From Cladosporium halotolerans (Eukaryota), in assembly GCF_011745625.1 (NCBI RefSeq), contig NW_027191463.1:434001-498000 (forward strand): a stretch of 64,000 bases of DNA, read 5' to 3'. Under the pieces are notes generated by a model. The model was not told where the DNA came from and searched no databases. It saw only the letters and a program-made list of their open reading frames with translations. The translations under genes were made by a program, and so were the position numbers. How positions within the stretch are numbered: position 1 is the stretch's first letter; every line of letters starts with the position of its first letter. This document shows positions 22,876-37,272 of the stretch, piece after piece.

Positions 22876-24603
22876 CTGAAGTCCTCGGCTGGTGACACTT
22901 TCGGTCTGGCTAAGCGTGCTGTGCTATGTAGTTGTTCGCAAAGGTACGATTGTCCACTTTAATGCGTAGCATCCATGGGCTCCTCTACCTTTTCAATACT
23001 TTTTGAATTAAGACGAGCAGATGGCCAAGTGGCACTCTGTGGCAGGAATGTGTCGACGGCGTACAGGTGTCACCAGCGAGATCATCACGATGACATCGGT
23101 CACAGATCTCAGCAGTGGCCGGGCGGCGCTGAGCATTCGCAATGTCGTACAGTGGCAGGACAGCTCCAACGTGAACGCGCAATGAGACTCATTACCTAGC
23201 GATCGTGGGGCTGTAAGCACTAAGCAGCCGTTCTACAGGTGGGTGCAGCAGGGCCAGCGCGTGAATGCGAGGCGGGAGGATCGGCTTCGGTCCTCCCGGC
23301 GACCGGCCATCTTTCTCTTGACTTCAGTTCTTCCAAGCGAGGAGCATAGGCGCATTCTGTTCCTTGATGGTATGACTGATGCACACAGACTGCTAAGATA
23401 TTTGCGACGATGGATAGTGGCTTGCGACTCGGTAAATAGGCGAACGCTGCCACTGGTAGAGGAGTGCGTGCTCCGGTTCTGGCCGATTCTTTGGATGGAG
23501 CGCTCGGTCGCCAGCAGCGGCATGGTCGGCACCCGCCTTCGACTTACACGATCGAAGTGAGACCATGTCTCAAGACACAATCATCCAGGCCCGTCGCTTT
23601 CGTCTACGAGGTTGTCGGCAGCTGAAGCCGGTCGCCTCAATCATTTTCAAGATGTGCTCTACGAAGTAATCATTCTGCAACATGCCGCCAGATGAGGCTC
23701 TTTGCACCGCCAATATGCCATATTGTATCAAGCCGCTGGGATGGCAGTTACCGATTTCGTTGGTGATTTGCAGCGCGCTGATGCCTTTGTGTTCTGGAAC
23801 AAGCGCAAGAAGCACCCCGCCAACGCTCAAAACGGCGCGGCTTTTCCTCCCACTTCCACCATGCGTGCCGCCCTCACTACGCAATACGAAGATGTATGCC
23901 TCCGACATAGAAAGATCTTGAATGACCAGCGGCGAGCATTGATGTTCGCAAGTGCCGAGCTCATTCCACTCACTGCCGATTGTATTGCAGAGACGGCTGG
24001 TCGCGCACTGCGTGAAACCAAAGAGCTTACGACGACTTCCCGGCCATTTTCCAGCAATCGAACACGCTGCAATCATGCCGATTCATGCGGCTGTACAATC
24101 ATCCGCAACCCGCCGCTGTGCGAAATCAAGAAGATCCTATGGTATCTGCCCGTATGCTGAGCGAAGGGGTCTCTCTTCTCGCGACGACCCGGGCCATGTC
24201 TCACATGGGATGTTGATCCCGCCATCCAGTTTCACTTCACCAGCACTCTACCGTACTAGCAACTACGCCATTCTACTTCCTGCCCCCGGAAGCGTGTCAG
24301 TGTAGCTGAACGATCACAGTACGAACGTCTCGATTCCACGATGAAGGAGGCTGTCATGAGAAACATTGCTGGGTATGAAGAGAAACTCGAGACAATCCAC
24401 ATCATCGCCGGCTCCATCCCCCAGCCTTTGCGAGAGTAATAGATAAGTCACCTTCGCTTCCGTAGGTTCACTAAATCATCTCAGCAGAAACACCCATCCT
24501 CCCCCATCTCCTCCTTACTTACCCAGGAAGCGTTCGGATTGCCTGTTTCCCATCAGCTCGGCCGTCAAGTCAACCCTTCAGACTCATCCTTCCGTCTTGC
24601 ACC

Positions 24604-25742
24604 ATGAAGTCATTTGTCGCCTACGCCGCTCTCTTCGCCGCCTCGGTCAACGCTGCAGCAATCCCCTTCTGGAAAGAAGGCAAGGACTTCAATCCCATCT
24701 TCGTCACACTCACTCGCCTCAATGACACCAAAGTGCGCGCCGCCGTGACCAACCGCGATGACACCGAATACAACCTGTTCATCCGCGGCACCTTCCTCGA
24801 CGAAGTTCCCATCAACAAGTTCCACGTCCGCAACAAGAACTCCAACGCCCGCTTCGCCGGCATCTTTCAACGCCTCTCCTACGACAACCCCGCCCCTGAG
24901 TCCTTCCGCGCAATCCACCCCCACGAGACCCTCGCCATCGAAGTTGAACTCGCTGAGCTCTATGACCTCGACACCGACGGACAGTACGACGTGTCAACCG
25001 CCGGGCGAATCTACTACGCCGAGGCCAACTCCACCGAACTGACCGGCAAAGCCATGTCCTTCAACAGCAACCGCCTCTCCTTCAGCGTCTCCGCCTTCAA
25101 GGCCGGCGGCCACTCCAACGCCGTTGACAAAATCGCCAAGCGCACCAATATCCAGAACGACTGCTCCGGCGAAAACCTCCAAGCAATCCACACCGCCCTC
25201 GACAACTGCGCCGCCCTCGCCACCTCCGCCGCCTGCAACGCTACCTCCGGACCCGCCGCCAAAATGGAGGAGTACTTCATGGCCAGCGACGAGAGCACCC
25301 GCTCCACCGTCGCCGACCGCCTCAACGCCGTCGCCGACGACTGCCGCCAGACCGCCTCCGGCCCCACCCGCACCTACTGCTCCGACGTCTACAACGGCTG
25401 CAGCTCCAACGTGCTCGCCTACACCCTGCCCGCGTACAACTACATCGCCTACTGCCCGCTGTTCTTCAACAACCTGCCCGCGCTCACGAACCGCTGCCAC
25501 AACCAGGACCAGGCGACGACGGTGCTGCACGAGGAGACGCACGCGCCGGACGTCTACGCGCCGGGCACGCTCGACAACGCTTACGGCTACGACGCCGCGA
25601 TGTCTCTGTCGAGGGACGCGGCGGTGAATAACGCTGACACTTATGCGCTGTTCGCTAATGGTGAGTGCACACAAAGCCACCCTTCAAAGTTTCGAGAACG
25701 CCTGCTAACGCTTCTTTCACAGCTCTCTACGCCGGCTGCTAG
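24604..25742 (+). CDS. Deuterolysin / neutral protease 2 (M35); exons 24604-25660, 25723-25742
   Basis: Signal peptide, prodomain ending KR, CHNQDQATTVLHEETHA, GTLDNAYG, NNADTYALFA; intron gives C-terminal ALYAGC. Confidence 0.93.
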
Positions 25743-27763
25743 TAAGCCCGACGCATCTCTTCGAAGAGGGGTGGAGGAGTGTACGATCTCAGGGACACGG
25801 ATCTGCGCACCTTGTTGCTTATTGATTTACGATACGAGACATGTAACGCATGCATTCTGGGGGGAGTTTGCGGGGCTTGGTTTGCATTTACTGGGGGAAG
25901 GCAGGTTTGCTTCCATTGGGTCACTTAGTATACGAAAGGGGGGAAGGGGAGAGAGGGAATTGGGTGTTTCTGGAGTGCTTTCATCGCGCGTGCTTTAGGA
26001 TACCAAATGGCATTTTTCTATTCACACTTACATCGCGAGCACTGACTGGACTTGACTTGAACGGAGGTGGATATGCCATTTCAAACGACGTTTTTGTGTT
26101 CACACTGACGGTTCTCACGCTCATTACATTTACCTGGCTTGACTTCACGAACGATGTGGCGAGCAAGCGATGACACGTCCAAAAACCGCACCGCATCGTC
26201 CTGCCAGAAGCCCGGCACTCAGAAGCACATATCACAGTTCCGCTGCGGAATCCGTGGCTTTTGCACCGACACCACGCTCGAGCGAAGGATGCGATGCAGC
26301 TTCGCGAGGCCGCCGCTATGCATGCTGCCACGGCTTCTGCACGGCTTCTAGACGCCTGCACGCCAGCCTTGCGGCGAAGCCTGGTTGTCGGGGTGGCGGA
26401 TCTGAGACAAATGCGAGACAGATGCTGGGCTGTGGCTGTAAGGCTGGGGAATAAGCTTTTTGGCTGTGTAAGGGAGTGGCGGTGGTGATGGCGGAGGTGG
26501 AGCTTAGGTAGGCTGGGCCGGTTATGCAGATGGGATTGTTTGGGACGATGATGGTGGTGGCGGTGGTGCTGAAGGTGTTTGCTGAGGGGTGTGGATTGGG
26601 GGCTATGCTGGGAAACACTGCATGTGAGTGGCAATGAAAGGACGGAAAGGCCGAGGCACAGTCGCATGGAAAAAACAATGCGAGTGTAGGACCATGTACC
26701 GGGACATGTTGAACATCGCGTGACCGATTGGCCTTCCTGATGCGGTGTGGACGCGGCGATGTTGAGAAGGCCATTCTGCCACCGTGGTTAATCTATCGAT
26801 ATATTAAAGCGGGATCCATCAAGGTGCCTTCATCGCCGCGTCTATCGCTGATCGCGTGTTTACGGACGATGATTCGAAGAGTGTCGATGAAGACATTGGC
26901 TATTGGGCACACGTATCGGCCTTCCCGACGAGTGCTGATTCCTGGTCTCCTGAGATGAGCCTGCTAGGTACCTGACGCATGACAATTGAGGGCAGCCTTC
27001 AGGAGCGGCACCAAGTGCCTCAGCCCTGGCAGTAGGCTCGAGTAGCTGGAAAGTAGAGTACATAGGGCCGTGGACCTTATGATCCTGCGCGAGTTTAAGA
27101 CAAAGCCAGTACTCGGTGATTGGTGTTCCTGGAAATGATGGCCTTCGAGGCCGCCCACTAGAGACCCGCAGCAGCAGTAGTGTATTCTGCAATGCCCGGA
27201 CTCCTCCTATCACAGCAAGTCATCCGCCTGCAAGCGATAGCGAACTACAGGCGAGGACTCTGTTATCGGCGAGCTCACGTCTTGGCAGCGTCTTCCACCT
27301 GCCTTGTCTGGGCGGGCCGGAGCGCGAACAGCCACTCAGCACCGTTGATCCTCCCGCGCCCGCCGCTCCACCCCGGTCGATCCTTCACGGCCTTCTTCTT
27401 TCGTCCTGGCACTACTGCACACCACCGCGACGACTATCGACGCTCCATACTGCGCGCAATGCTGCGGTCCAAAGTAGCGTGTCCGCCGTGCTCTCGCCAG
27501 CATGATTGTATTGCGATCGCCGCCAATGGGTGGGGGACTGCGCGGCTCCCGGCGTGTCTTGGAGGCGAGCGGCCAGGTTGGCGCGAGGAAAGACACCCAG
27601 CACGAGCGCTGAAGACGTGCTGGGAGTCCCGCGCGCCTCCGAGCTAAAAGGTATATATATGGCCGGTGGTTGACGTCGTGTTTGTAGAAGGTCTGTACAG
27701 GCTCGTAGCGTCTCTTCTGTCGAGCTTCCATCGTTTCGTTCGTTCGTTGTTGTTGTCGCCATC

Positions 27764-30449
27764 ATGGGTGGCGCTCTTAAATTCTTGTCGCTTGCTGCGG
27801 CGGTGCTCTCGCCGGCGGTGCAATCTGCTGTTGTCGAGGAGGCCCCCAGAGTTCCTGGTGCATATATTGTTGAGCTTGCTGAAGACCATGTATGTTCTTG
27901 TGATGCCCTGTTCTGTCATGACAGCCTCAGTACTGACAAAATGTTAGGCACCGGCCATTCTTTACAACAAGCTGGACGAGTCAGGTCAAAAATATGAGCA
28001 CCGTATGGACTTGTCATACAACCTGTTCAAGGGTGTCTCATTCAGGTTGGAAGACCTGAAGGCGGAGGAGGAGACCGCGAAGCAAATCGCTGCCATGCCT
28101 GAGATCAAGCAGATGTGGCCTGTCCGCGAGTATCCCATTCCCGACGATAAAGTCGTCTGGACTGGCAACAGCCAAACGCCAACGCCAGAAACCTCGTCTC
28201 TCTACACTCGTCAATCATCTGACAACGACACCTTTTCGCCGCACGTCATGACCCAAGTTGACCAGCTTCGTGCGCGAGGCGTGAGAGGTGCCGGCATTAG
28301 AGTCGCTGTCGTTGACACCGGCATCGATTACGACCACCCTGCGCTTGGTGGCTGCTTTGGAGAAGGCTGCCTTGTCAGCTTTGGAACTGATCTTGTTGGC
28401 GACGACTACACTGGTGGTGCCACTCCTCCTGTGCCCGACAACGATCCCGATGACTGCGGTGGCCACGGTTCACACGTTGCTGGTATTGTTGCTGCTCAGA
28501 CAAACCCTTATGGCTTCACTGGCGCCGCCCCTGATGTTACTCTTGGTGCCTACCGTGTTTTCGGCTGCTCCGGAAGCGCTGGCAACGATGTTCTCATTGC
28601 TGCTTTCAATCAGGCCTACGAAGACGGTGCAGATATCATCACCGCATCGATTGGTGGCGCATCTGGTTGGACCGAAGACCCCTGGGCTGTTGCTGTTTCT
28701 CGCATCGTCGAGGCTGGCACGCCTTGCACAGTGTCTGCTGGTAACTCTGGTGACCAAGGTCAATTCTATGCGAGCACCGCTGCCAACGGCAAAGGCGTCG
28801 CTTCCATCGCCTCCGTCGACAACACTCAAGCTCCTGCTATCCTGCTCAACGCCAGCTACAACGTCGGCAACCGTTCCACTGGGACTTTCGGCTGGACCGA
28901 CGGAACCCCATCTGACTGGGGCAACATCTCGCTGCCTCTCTGGAGTGTCAACTACAACACCAGCGACCCAGCCAACGCTTGCTCGGCTCTGCCTGATGAC
29001 ACCCCAGACCTTTCTGGCTACATCGTTCTGGTCAGGCGCGGCTCTTGCACTTTTGTCCAGAAGGTCCAGAATGTCGTCGCCAAGGGTGCAAAGTACGTCA
29101 TGTTCTACAATAACGCTGCCGGATCCACCTCAGTCACTGCCGAAGTCGATGGCCTCGTTGCTGTCGGTATGACAACTGCAGACACTGGCGCCCAGTGGAT
29201 CAGCCTTCTCTCCAACGGCACTGATGTCGTCTTGAACATCGTCGACCCGGATTCTGCCTCTCAGTACCCGAGCACCACCGATAACACTGCCACTGGCGGC
29301 TTCCTCAGCACTTTCACCTCATGGGGCCCCACTTACGAACTCGACTTCTACCCTCAATTCTCTGCGCCGGGTGGCATGATTCTTTCCACCTACCCGCTGG
29401 AGCTTGGTGGATATGCTGTACTCTCCGGCACCTCCATGGCCTGCCCTCTGGCAGCTGCTGTCTACGCTCTTGTCGCAGAAGTCAGAGGCACATTCGAGCC
29501 TGCTATGCTTGAGAGCGTCATCGCCGCTACTGCCAACCCCAACCTCTTCCACAACGGCGTTGCTGCTTCCGAGTTCCTCGCTCCCACCACCCAACAAGGT
29601 GCCGGCCTGATCCAAGCCTACGACGCAGCCTACACCAACGCTCTCCTCAGCGTCAGCAGCATCAGCTTCAACGATACCGACAACTTCGTCTCGACCGCCG
29701 AATTCACCATCCGCAACCTCGGCGGCGAACCCATCACCTTCGACCTCTCCCACGTCCCCGCCGGCACCGCCTACACCCTCGCCCCCAACAGCATCTACCC
29801 GCAAGAATTCCCCAACGAGTTCACCAGCCAGGCCGCCTCCCTCTCCTTCTCCTCCGACTCCGTCACCGTCCCCGCCAACTCCGAGTCCACCGTCCAAGTC
29901 TCCCCCTCCCCGCCCACGGACCTCGCCACAGCCCGCCTCCCAGTCTACAACGGCTACATCGCCCTCAACGGCTCCGACGGCTCCTCCCTCTCCCTCCCCT
30001 ACCTCGGCGTCGCCGGCTCCATGCGCGCCGCCACCGTCCTCGACACCCGCAGCTCCTACCTCACCTCCTCAACCGACCCGGACTTCAACCCTGTCCCCGC
30101 CAACACCACCTTCACCCTCCCGGGCCGCAACTCCACCGCCAGCAGGAACACCAACTACCCCTCCGTGGCCATCAGCCTGGCGCTCGGCTCGCCGCTCGTG
30201 AGCGTCGAGGCGCGCCCGGTCGGTGCCGGCGGCAACGCTACGCTGGGCGACATCTACGGTTTCCCCGCGCCGTACAACCCGCGCGGCGCGACGGTCTCGA
30301 GCTGGAATGGCTTGCTCGCGAACGGCACGCTGGCGCCTGCTGGGTCTTACCGGTTGGTCACGAGGGCGCTGCATATCTACGGAGACGAGAGCGACGCGAG
30401 CGACTACGATGTTGCCACGTCGGTGCCGTTTTCGATCAGATACGCTTAG
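27764..30449 (+). CDS. Secreted subtilisin-like S8 protease with PA and Fn3-like domains (PR1C type); exons 27764-27889, 27948-30449
   Basis: VAVVDTGIDY, GHGSHVAGI, SAGNSG, SGTSMACP triad motifs; RRGSCTFVQK PA domain; signal peptide. Confidence 0.93.
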
Positions 30450-31283
30450 AGTGAGAGAGGGAGACAGAGGGGCGATTTGCATCTGCATTGGGATAGGCGT
30501 TTCTGATTTTTGGCGGATTGGGTTCGATTCTTGGGAAGGGTGGCTTTTATTTTCCATTCTTACCGGATGGCCGGGGATTTTTGGCGTGGCGATTGCATGA
30601 TTACGACGGTACGCTTACGACGACTGGAGAAAGGTAGAGAGAAGACGTCAATGTTTGAAGAGTGCATAGTTTGTAGATATCTTGGAGAAAGAAGGAGAAA
30701 GAGCGCTTACGAGCGTGTATCTTGATCACTTTGCTACGCTGCTTTTTTTTTCCCTTCACCTGAGGACACACATACGATCTGGCCATAACTCCTGCGGAGC
30801 TCGGTTTGCGGACAACGGGAAAGAGCAGTGGCACCACACAATCACAGATAAGGCTCACTGAGGTCTACGCTGAGGTCAGTTTGTCATTAAACCACAACAT
30901 CTAGTCCTCCTTGGGATTGTGAAATATTCATTGCATTAACCGCCCCTCAGGACGGATACTTGCACTGCAGTAAAGAATAATACGAAACACCAGCAAAAAG
31001 CCTCCCAAGGTCCCGAATAACGCCGTCCATCGTTGGAGAATCTCGATTGCGCTGTCCATTTCATGCGCCGCACGGTTCAAAAACGCCCCTAATGGCTCCA
31101 TGAAAGCCAGAATCAACACGTGAATCCCTCACTCACTGTCCAGCGCAGAACGCTCACTCGTGCGCTTTGATACGGTAGAAATGCATGTGCCTTCCTAAAG
31201 GCCGACCAGCGGAATGTAGAAATGCCTTCGCGTCGCCCGGTGTCCGATACGCGCGACAGGGCAGAACATCAACCCGGGATCGT

Positions 31284-33430
31284 CTAGTTCATCACGCTCG
31301 CCAGACTCATCGTCCTCGTCGCGCTCTCCTCCGCTTCAACACCCTTCGCACCTTGCGCCTTCGAAACGCTATTCCTCGGGTTCGTCGGCGACAAGTTATT
31401 CCTCGCATCCGACGGCGAGAGCGGATGCAACGTGTCGTATGAGATGCTCGAGACCTGGCTGAGCTTCGAGGGCAGAGGGTAAGGAGGGGGCGCGAGTTTG
31501 GTTTCCGCTGCGAGGGTCTTGGATTCCATGTCTGCGACGCCGCCTTTGCTGCTCGTGAAGCTGGCTTTGAGGGAGGCTGATGCGGGCTTGAGGGGTTTCT
31601 GCTGCTGCTGTTGTTGCTTGGTGGCTTTGGGTTTGGCGGGGCGGCCGACTTTGCCGGTTGTTGGCTTCTTGGGAGCAGTGGATTTGGGCTTCCTTCCGGG
31701 GCCTTTCTGGGCTTGGGATTTGCCCTTGCCTTTGCTTTGGAGGGTGTCGAAGGCGGAGATTTTGGGAGTTGCGCTTCGCTGTGATTTGGAGGGTGTGAGG
31801 AGGCCGCTTTCGGCGACGGTGATGTTTTCTCCGTCGCTGCCGTTTTCGATGCTGGGCATGACTGACGCACGGCGGCTCGTGGTTGGGCTGAAGTCTGGGC
31901 TGTGCACTGGGCCTCTCTGGTGGCGTGGAGTTGTGGGGCTGACGGTGGGCGGTCTGAAGCTGTTGTTGATGTGGCCTTCGGGCAGTGGGATCTCGTCGAG
32001 GTGTGCTGGCACGTCCTTCTGCGACAGTACGACAGATGCGGTGTTCTTCTTCGCGCGCTGGATGACTTCCTCGTCACTAATGTTGTCGAGTTCCGCGGCG
32101 TTTGTAGGGTCGTCCCATCTACGCATGGCTGCGTGATTTGCCACAGCATCGGCCGGACCGCGCACAATCAGGTCCCAGCAATCAGAAAATTGAGGGCCAC
32201 TAGGTGGCGGATCGTTGTTGATCCACATAGCCATGCCATCTTTGCGGTTGCGGACCACGTTGCACATCTCACGAGCGATTCGCTGTACACCGGGAACCTT
32301 GAGAGTCGTCCCAACAACAATGACAGCATCCGGTCTCCGTCTGATATCCTCGCTAGCCACCTTGCCAATGGCTTCATCATCTGGGTTGTGCTCGTTGTAA
32401 AGTACCATTCGGGGTCGCAATCGGCCGACGCCGTGACTGCGCTTCCCTTGGTGGTTCGTTCGAATATCATTCACTGTCTCACAGTTTCCGCAGATTGGCG
32501 CGATCGGTCCGTCGAATAGATCCGCGTCGAAATCGGAGAGCTCACTGCACTTGGAGCACACCATTTTGTCCAGACCGCCGTGCAATTGCACGGTCTTTGG
32601 CCATTTCCCATTCTCATCCTTTTCCAGCGGAATGCGCGTTTTCAGAGGCTCCAAAGATGTGTCAATTCCGTCCACGTTCTGTGAATACAAGCGGAGCAAA
32701 CGGCCTTCTTGCGCTAGCGTCGCGAGCATGTGGTGAAAAGTCGTAGGCTTGGCGCCCTTAGTCATGCGTGACATCGAGCTGACCATGGTGTGGAAAGAGG
32801 AGGTAGAAGTCGCGTCTCTGTAGACTGATGCATCGAAAAGATCCTTGCCTGAGCCCTTGAGCTTGTGCTCGGCTTTGAGGCTGTTGAATAGACCGGTGGA
32901 AGATCGAAAATCGGGGACTGGCAAAATGTTAGCATGCGCGATGGCTAGGGGTTGCCTGGACTAAACGTACTGCCAGCGGACACGGAGATTCCGGCGCCTG
33001 CGATGACGACAATCTTCTGGCGCTTGTGCAGGGCGTGTAGCATGTCGTCGAATTGCGATTGCTCGGCGGCTTGGACGCGCTCATGGCGAAGATCCAGCGA
33101 CCGCGTCGTGCGGTCCTTTGGCCCGACGCGCCGTCGCTTAGCGGGTGGAGGGCCATCTTTGTCGGAAAGCATTGACGAGTCTACACCATCCGGTGCCGGC
33201 GAGCCGCTCTGTGAGTTTTCCTGAGAGGGTGGAGGTGTAGGCAGGTTGGGGTCAGCGCGCGGGGCGCTGCCGGGTTTGGTGTACATTGTGCGGACTGCGG
33301 TGGACAGGTGAAGTCCGGGGGGTGGTGACGGGGTGCGCCTGCCGAGCGAGCTCAGCGGCGAGGACTCGCGCGAGGTCGACAGCGAAGACAGCTCGCTGGA
33401 CAGCAGCGAGCTGTCGCCGTCGAGGTCCAT
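31284..33430 (-). CDS. HST4: Sir2-family NAD-dependent deacetylase (Hst3/Hst4 class); exons 33430-32971, 32917-31284
   Basis: GAGISVSAGIPDFRS across the intron, YSQNVDG, QLHGG, CxxC...CxxC, LRPRMVLYNE. Confidence 0.9.
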
Positions 33431-34255
33431 GGTGACGGCGGAGCGGAGCGGCGTGGGGTGGCGGCGGGAATGCGCAGGCGCGGTGCAGCAGGAGGCAGTC
33501 GCGGGCGCAATCGGGAGGAGGGCGGTCTACTGCGACGATGGCATCCTCTCACGGGGTCGGGGAGCGCTCAGATTTTGCAGTCCCGGGCGCAATCTTGGGA
33601 GGTCGAGAGCCGCGCGGAGACGGGCGCGTCGCAGTCGTCTGGCGGCGGTGGTGGTTGTCGCGGTAGTGAACGGAGAGCAGAATCGCGCAAGACGCAGCAA
33701 AGAGCGGAGAGACGAATGATGCTGCGGGTGCCGTGTGGAGACGGGCGGGCCGCTGTTGACGCGGGCTGCACCTTTGTTGTTGCTGCGTCTGAACGATCTG
33801 ATCTGATGCACCTCGGCCATCCCGCGCGCCCGCTCTCCCGCTCTCCCGCTCTCCCGCCCTCCCGCGGGCTGCGCTGAGGCTTGGCTGGGCGACGCTCGCA
33901 TGGGATGCGCGCGCGCCGCTTGACAGCCCGCCCACGCCGCCCAACTCGTCGCCAACCGCCGCCGCGGCACACAGAACGTGCTTGCATTATTATTCTTGCT
34001 ATTACATTTGCCGAATCGTCCAAACACTCGCCCTCTAAATATCATATATACCCGTGTGCCACAGCCACAACACGCGATCCGCCAGCCTCACACGTGCTTG
34101 ACTGTGCGCCGACGTGGGCCCCCCTGTCTCAGATCGGCGGTGCTTCTTCGATGCTCGCATGTCCACGGCCTGATGTAGCAAGACCGCGCTAACAGCTTGC
34201 CTGCGTCCTTTGCACACTTCGCCCTCTGAATATAGAATCATCCACTGCGCCCGCG

Positions 34256-37119
34256 ATGGACAACCCTGGAGCCGACGCCACCATGGACGACGCTGGCGAT
34301 CCAGACATCCAGGGCCAGGGCATGATGGACTCAATGGACGACCTCTTCGGTGACGCAGCAGACAGTCTCGGCGTCAACGTCAATATCCCTCTTCAAGCAC
34401 CATCACTCCCTCCACCGCCAGGTCTCATACAACGCATCGCGGAACTGCAGACCTCCGGCGCATGCACGTGAGTGATGTTCCAATCGCCCTTTCGTAGCAC
34501 CCAATAACCGGTCAAGGTAGGAAGCTCGCCTGGTCAAATACCGGCAGTATTGCGCGCATTTCCCCCGACGGCCTCAAGGTCACTTTCTGCGTATTTGTCG
34601 AGGACCCCAAGACTGGCGCCTGGGTTCCTAGTACAGAATCACCGTATCCGGTGCAGGCGCCGGAGGGCTCGCGCTTTGTCCACGTTCAGTTCAGTCCTCT
34701 CGGCCATGACCTTGCCGTCGTCGATGATGTAGGCTTGGTTCATCTTTTCATAGCGCCCACCGGATTAGGCAGGATGCACGTGAGCCAGACTGAATTCGCT
34801 TTGGAGCGCACGGGACGGAGTGATATTGACGGTGTAGCCGGCCTTCACTGGCTATCTATTCATCCCGTGGAATTCAAGGTTTGTTGCGCTGGTTCGTCAT
34901 CCTGCTCACTCTCAGACTGATCATATGTCTAGGTACCTCACGTGGGGCCAGCTAATAAGGTCAATGGAGCCTGGATAGTTCCGCTGAAAGGCCGGGACCC
35001 GAATGCTCCAAGAATCCACAACGCCATCGATGGCAAAGGCGCTCTCGTCTACGTATCGCGCAACGGATGTCTCACCATGCTCTACCAGCAAGAGAGTGGG
35101 CGCTGGTATTCGGTTCAGAAAGAACTGGACCGCGTCGGCCTTTCAGATGAAATGATATCACACGCTTCATTCTGCGACTACGGCAACCGACTACTGCTCG
35201 TTGCACACGATGAGGCGAGACGTATCCGTGTCCTGACCATATATATTGACTGGAACGTTTCGCACCAGACTCGACCGAACGGACAACCATCGCTTAGAGT
35301 CAATCCATCACTGGACGTCAGCCATCTCACCAGCTTGGAGCACGTATCTGCTCAGCATTCCGACGTGGCCCGCCTCACAACTTTGACGGCTCTGCCGCAG
35401 GTCCCCGATTTTGCGGCAGATCAGAATCCCCCTTCGCCGCCAACGATTGTCGCGACATTCACACTGGCTGCACTGCATACCGACGCTACGCAACAAATGC
35501 CCGACTCTTTCACAGCCATCTCGAGATGGCAACTTGAGGAGACCACTTCGATCATGCATGAGAGCTTCGGGAACCTGAGGAAGAACTCCAATGCAACTCT
35601 TACCATTCCGCCTAGGAAGTTTCTACAACGACAGCCGGACCAAGTAACCATGAAACTCATCCTCGCCCTGAAATCGATGTCTCTGGGTACTCTTCTGGCT
35701 TTCATTGCAAGCGATGGGGGCATTGAATTTCGAGAGCGTGGTGCTTTCAATATTATTGAGCCCTTCATGGATACCACCTTCGTCACAAGTCTACCACAAG
35801 TCGGCTTCGACCACTTGGCTGGCTTGCACAACATAGACATTGCGACATCGCATGACGGTGCCGCCATGGCGTTCGTACAACCAGATGGTAAAATGGATGC
35901 CAAAGTAATGTTTTTCAGGCATGGTTGGCAAAACACTGAGAACAACGGTATCGTCGACGGCAAAGGTCTGGTCGAAGCCGCGGTAGTTGCCGTCGCCCGA
36001 CAACACATGGTCTTGACCTCCAACAGTGCAGCTACGGCAGAGACACTATCCCTCCTTCCCACCGAGCTCAGTCCCGACCTGTATCGGCTATTCTTCCAGC
36101 AAATGGCGCGACTGATTCCCAGGACGTTCGATACCATGTCTCTCGATGACAACAAGAGGCAAATGACCGTTCTCAAAGACCATCACCTACCACGCGCGCT
36201 CTCCGCACAACTCGTTTTGGGCACGAGACCGCCATCGCGGACTCCCAACCTTCCGGCGCAAGTTGCCTGGGCTGCGTTGAATCTGAAACATGTCACCGTA
36301 TCTCTCATGACCACGATTGGCCGTTCAGAATCGATACCAGGTCTAGGCACGGAGGTGTTCCATGGTCTCCGCGGCCTGGTGAAGTGGTCTGTCGACATGT
36401 TCGTCTTTATCCTAGAGGCCTTGCTCACAGTCAGCCGGAAGACCAGCACCGGAGTTCCCGCCGCGCAAGCAGTCCAAGAGTACTTGAAAGAAACAACCAG
36501 TCCAGCCTTCCACCTCCTTCTCTGCAGCTTCACGCGCACCTTCCTCCGCTACTCAGCCATCTACCTCCCGCGCTACTTCAAAATGCTCGGCAGCAAAGTG
36601 CCCGCCTCGCGCTCGCTCTCCGAGAAGCAAAACCTCCTCGACATCGCCCGCCTCGGCGAGACCATGCCCTTCAAATTCGACGGCCTGCACGGCCTCATCG
36701 TCGAGACCGAAAAGGCCATCCTCGCCTCCTACGCCGCCGCTAACACCACCGACCGCTCCCGCGCCGAGCTCGAACTCACCATGATCACGGAGTGCAACGT
36801 CCCGGACCAGCTCCACGAAGCTCTTGCGAACATCGTCTCCACTACCCTGCCCAAGCTCGTCCCGGACCTGGATATCGGCAAGATCTACTTCTGGGACACG
36901 GCCTGGCTGCGCTTGCGCGCCCGCTGGCTCGAGACGTCCAAGTTCGACGCTCTCACGAAGCTGCCGCTCAGAGAGGGCGTCAAGCTGCGAAGATGTCGCC
37001 GCTGCAACAGCGCGATGGAGGAAGTCGCCATCTCGTCCGAGGTCAACCGCGATCTGCCGCCGTGGCTGCAGGCTGCGCAGCGGCAGTGCGTGTGCACGTG
37101 TGCGTGGTATTTGCCGTGA
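34256..37119 (+). CDS. MED16: Mediator subunit 16 (Sin4); exons 34256-34467, 34521-34878, 34933-37119
   Basis: SGACTKLAWSNTGSIA, ISHASF, LLLCSFTR, C-terminal RRCRRC...CVCTCAW zinc finger; two canonical introns. Confidence 0.85.
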
Positions 37120-37272
37120 AAGGCAGCGTAACGCTGGACGGATCTCACGAATCCTAAGCACGCTTCAACATCTGGTCGTAACCTCGTCAAATTCCACTTC
37201 TACGTAATCAAGCCGGCAGGGCTACAGCTACTTTATCCATACACATCTCAAGCCATCTCATTACCCATCTCT

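Noticed and set aside
25981..26774. Overlapping His/Pro-rich minus-strand ORFs
   Set aside because: Low complexity from local skew; no ATG/splice model or family supports them
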